From the human T2T-CHM13v2.0 reference genome, Homo sapiens, in assembly GCF_009914755.1 (NCBI RefSeq), contig NC_060941.1: a stretch of 64,000 nt of DNA; one strand, 5' to 3'. Each line of letters starts with the position of its first letter. The first letter of the stretch is position 1. Of the stretch, positions 60,746 to 64,000 are shown piece after piece. The notes beneath the pieces were generated by a model. That model ran no database searches, was not told the origin of the DNA, and saw only the letters and a program-made list of their open reading frames with translations. The translations under genes were made by a program, and so were the position numbers.

Positions 60746-61429
60746 GTGCACTCAAGCACATGGTGGGGGGTGGGGGAGGCACTCGACACCTCCAGCTAAG
60801 ATGGCTGCTCTGTGGACACCAGTATGCGAGAGGTGTAACCCTGTAAGCTCCTGGCCAGCCCAGCACCTCTACCAGTATAACCAAGCCCCACCACCTCTGA
60901 GGGACCAACCGGAAGAATCGCACCACCCTTTATCCAAGTTTCCCTGTCACAAAGCCCAGGCCTCTCAGGCCCCTCTCATCCCAGCGTGAATGTCCTATAG
61001 GCAGTCTTCCGTCGCTGCCCTGCTCTATCTACCCAGGATCACGGACTGACACGCTACCAACTTCACTTATTTAACTAGTCCTGCGAGGGGCATCATCCGC
61101 TCCATGTCCACGGCCAGTCCCCAGAGCCCAGGAGGGCTCGCACACAGGCGCTCGGCAGATACTGAGAAACAGGAAAGTGGCCGTTCACCGGGCTGCTTCC
61201 TCTCCCAAGGCTAAGCGGCCCCTCCACAGATTCCGGGGCGGGGACTCGGTAAGAGCCGATGGAGGAGAGGAGCGAGGGGTCCTTCGGCGGCGGCCAGCGC
61301 GCGATCCTCCCGGCTCCGTCCCCACATGCGGGTGGAGGGGCCGGGGCTCCTCCCGGTACGTGCGGGCCCCCGGACAGCGGCCTCTCGGACGTGCCCTTCG
61401 GCGCTGCCAAGACCCGTCCTGGTACTTGC

Positions 61430-61489
61430 CGAGCCACGGACCGCGGCGGCTACCGCCCGGCCTCCCTCGACCACCCTCCGCAGCAGCAT
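61430..61489 (-). CDS. OXLD1: Oxidoreductase-like domain containing 1, exon 1 (MLLRRVVEGGRAVAAAVRGS; Arg-rich, presequence-like)
   Basis: ATG at 61489; 60 nt; non-canonical TCG|GCAAGT donor. Confidence 0.88.
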
Positions 61490-61678
61490 CGCCCGCGGAC
61501 GGGATCCGGCAACCCCTGACCGTGAGCGGCGGGCGCTCCGGCCAATCCCGGACCTTCAGGAAGTCGCGCCGCTCCAGCCAGCGTGAGGCTGAGCGCAGGA
61601 AGCGGAAGTGCCGATCGGTGGGGCGGAACCATGCAGGAAGGCGGAAGTGGCTTCGCTAGGGAGCCTCCCGGCGTGGAG
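61490..61678. promoter_or_regulatory. OXLD1/CCDC137 bidirectional CpG-island promoter
   Basis: 189 bp between divergent ATGs; ETS/GABP motifs at 61557-64, 61596-610 and 61634-49; CCAAT at 61542-46; GC box near 61620. Confidence 0.9.
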
Positions 61679-61812
61679 ATGGCGGGAGCTGGTCGCGGAG
61701 CAGCGGTGTCCAGGGTGCAGGCGGGTCCTGGGAGTCCCCGGCGAGCGCAGGGGCGGCAGCAAGTGCAGCCGCTGGGGAAGCAGCGCCCAGCCCCGTGGCC
61801 CGGGCTTCGCAG
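61679..61812 (+). CDS. CCDC137: Coiled-coil domain containing 137, exon 1 (MAGAGRGAAV...PWPGLRS)
   Basis: GAGATGG start; 134 nt; CAG|gtgact donor. Confidence 0.92.
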
Positions 61813-62221
61813 GTGACTGCGCTGCCCCGCGAGGCCGCCACACTTCCCCAGAGAAGGGGACGCCTTGAAGGCTCCGCCCGGGACCCCCTAGGGAGCGTTC
61901 GCTCGGACCCCTTCCCCAGGTCGGGCTCAGTGCCCTCCTCTGTCTGCCCGCGGCCCACGCTCCGCCAGGATCGGTTGAATGAATGGAGGCGCGAGCGAGT
62001 CCTTGGTTTTGCCTTTCCCGCGTCCCAGTGTCCCGTCTTTGGGGTTCTGGACGAGGTCAGGGCGGAAAGGCCTCCTGGGCTTTCGGAGTGCCTTTCGGCC
62101 TCGCGTCCCGTGAGGAAGGGGTTCAGGGACAGCCACTGAGTGAGACCGAGAGGAAAGATCCCTGCTCCCTGGACTGCTGGACCGGCTCGCACCACAGAAG
62201 CCAGATGTGGCCCCTGTATAG

Positions 62222-62441
<220 letters not shown>

Positions 62442-62637
62442 TAGTCAGGATGGTCTCGATCTCCTGACCTCGTGATCCGCCCATCTCGGCCTCCCAAAGT
62501 GCAGGGATTACAGGCGTGAGCCACCAAGCCCGGCCAGCCCGTGTAGATTCTATTGCCAGACCCAACTATTGTTTCTCTTACTGATTCTGCTTGTGCTTTA
62601 CTTGGGACGGGTCTCACCCCCGTGTTCTTTCTCCCAG

Positions 62638-62771
62638 CAAAGAGAAGAAGAATGTGAACTGCAAGCCCAAGAACCAGGACGAACAGGAGATCCCTTTCCG
62701 GCTCCGGGAGATTATGAGGAGCCGCCAAGAGATGAAAAACCCGATCAGTAACAAGAAGAGGAAGAAAGCAG
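62638..62771 (+). CDS. CCDC137: CCDC137 exon 2 ([26 protein letters not shown]...KKRKKA); gene continues beyond window end
   Basis: ttctttctcccag acceptor; 134 nt; CAG|gtgtgt donor; basic KKRKK NLS-like cluster. Confidence 0.93.
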
Positions 62772-63589
62772 GTGTGTGCAGGCCCATACTGGGCGGCAGT
62801 GAAGCTTTGTGTGTCTCAACCCGCCCAATCGCCCAAATACTTCAGAACGTTTCAGGCAGAGGAAATATGCCAAGACCCGGTGCTCAGAAGGTGGGGGAGC
62901 GTGGCCAAAGCTAAAGCAGTGGCTGGCAGCTGGTGGTGCTGTGGTTCCAGACGAGGCTTGGAAGGAGGCTGTGGGGTGGGCGGGGAGGACCCGTTATGGG
63001 GCCTCAGGATCCATGCTAAGGAGCGGCGTTTTTTTCCTCCCCAAAAGTAGCGAAGATTCATCAGAGTTTTTAGCAGGGCACGGCCAATTCATGTTTACTC
63101 TAAGCAAAAAAAGGGTCACCGAGCGATGATGGAGTGAGGGAGAGTGGACCTGGCAACTGGTGGGGCTACTGCCAGGGAGAAGCCATGATTCTTGGGACAA
63201 GAGTGCTGAAGCAATGGTAGAGAGAAGTGGGTGGAGTCAGGAGCTGAAGGAGGAAATTCCATCAGGCCCCTCTGAGAAGTCTTGCCTTCCTCCCCCAAGT
63301 CTGGGTAGGGTGTCCACATGTCCACCGCTGCAACCCAGAGGTAACACTCTGGGCATGTTGGGAAACGGAGTCCACTGTGTGTATATTTTGCTTATAGACA
63401 CATTTCTCTTCCCAAACGTGGCACTGGTTTTACAGCAAAGCTGTTTTATAATTTGTGTATAAACTGTAGGCTTCTTGTTGGGGGTTATATGGCTGCCAAA
63501 GGGATAGTGAGATAGAGGTGAGGAAGGTACAGGGAGGAGGCGCACTGGCCTGGGTAGCACATGGCACGTTCTGAACCGTGCTGCATTGA

Positions 63590-63754
<165 letters not shown>

Positions 63755-64000
63755 TAACGCACCACCATACCCAGCTAATTTTTTGTGTGTGGTTTGTTTT
63801 TTTTTTTGAGACAGTCTCCCTCTAGCCCAGGCTAGAGTGCAGTGGCACAATCTCAGCTCACTGCTACCTCTGCCTCCCCTGTCCCAGTTCCAGTGCAAGC
63901 AATTCTCCTGCCTCAGCCTCCCGAGTAGCTGAGATTACAGGCACACGCCACCAAGCCCAGCTAATTTTTGTATTGTTAGTAGAGACGAGGTTTCACCATG

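Overview
Human (hominid) genomic DNA, identified from gene content as the Alu-dense chr17q25.3 cluster NPLOC4-TSPAN10-PDE6G-OXLD1-CCDC137. I reconstructed the exons by hand, checking splice sites and phases. NPLOC4 exons 1-7 lie on the - strand (218 codons; the gene continues off the left edge). TSPAN10 (+) is complete at 355 aa, with a 393-aa long form starting from the NPLOC4 CpG island. PDE6G (-) is complete at 87 aa. OXLD1 (-) is complete at 147 aa and requires a GC-AG intron. CCDC137 exons 1-2 lie on the + strand. Mobile DNA includes a near full-length SVA nested in an AluY nested in an AluS, an AluYa5, LTR8/MLT1/MER4-group LTRs and a degraded ERV env TM remnant. The most unusual observations are: (1) a 52-54 bp templated inverted copy that brackets the start-codon exon of PDE6G; (2) complementary CA-rich and GT-rich tracts at the two ends of the last TSPAN10 intron, next to a weak 3' splice site; (3) a candidate poison exon in NPLOC4 intron 2; (4) an Alu-derived 27-bp minisatellite. 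Almost all ORF-track entries are Alu/SVA or GC-rich artefacts. Repeat family names are from recognition only, not from a RepeatMasker run.
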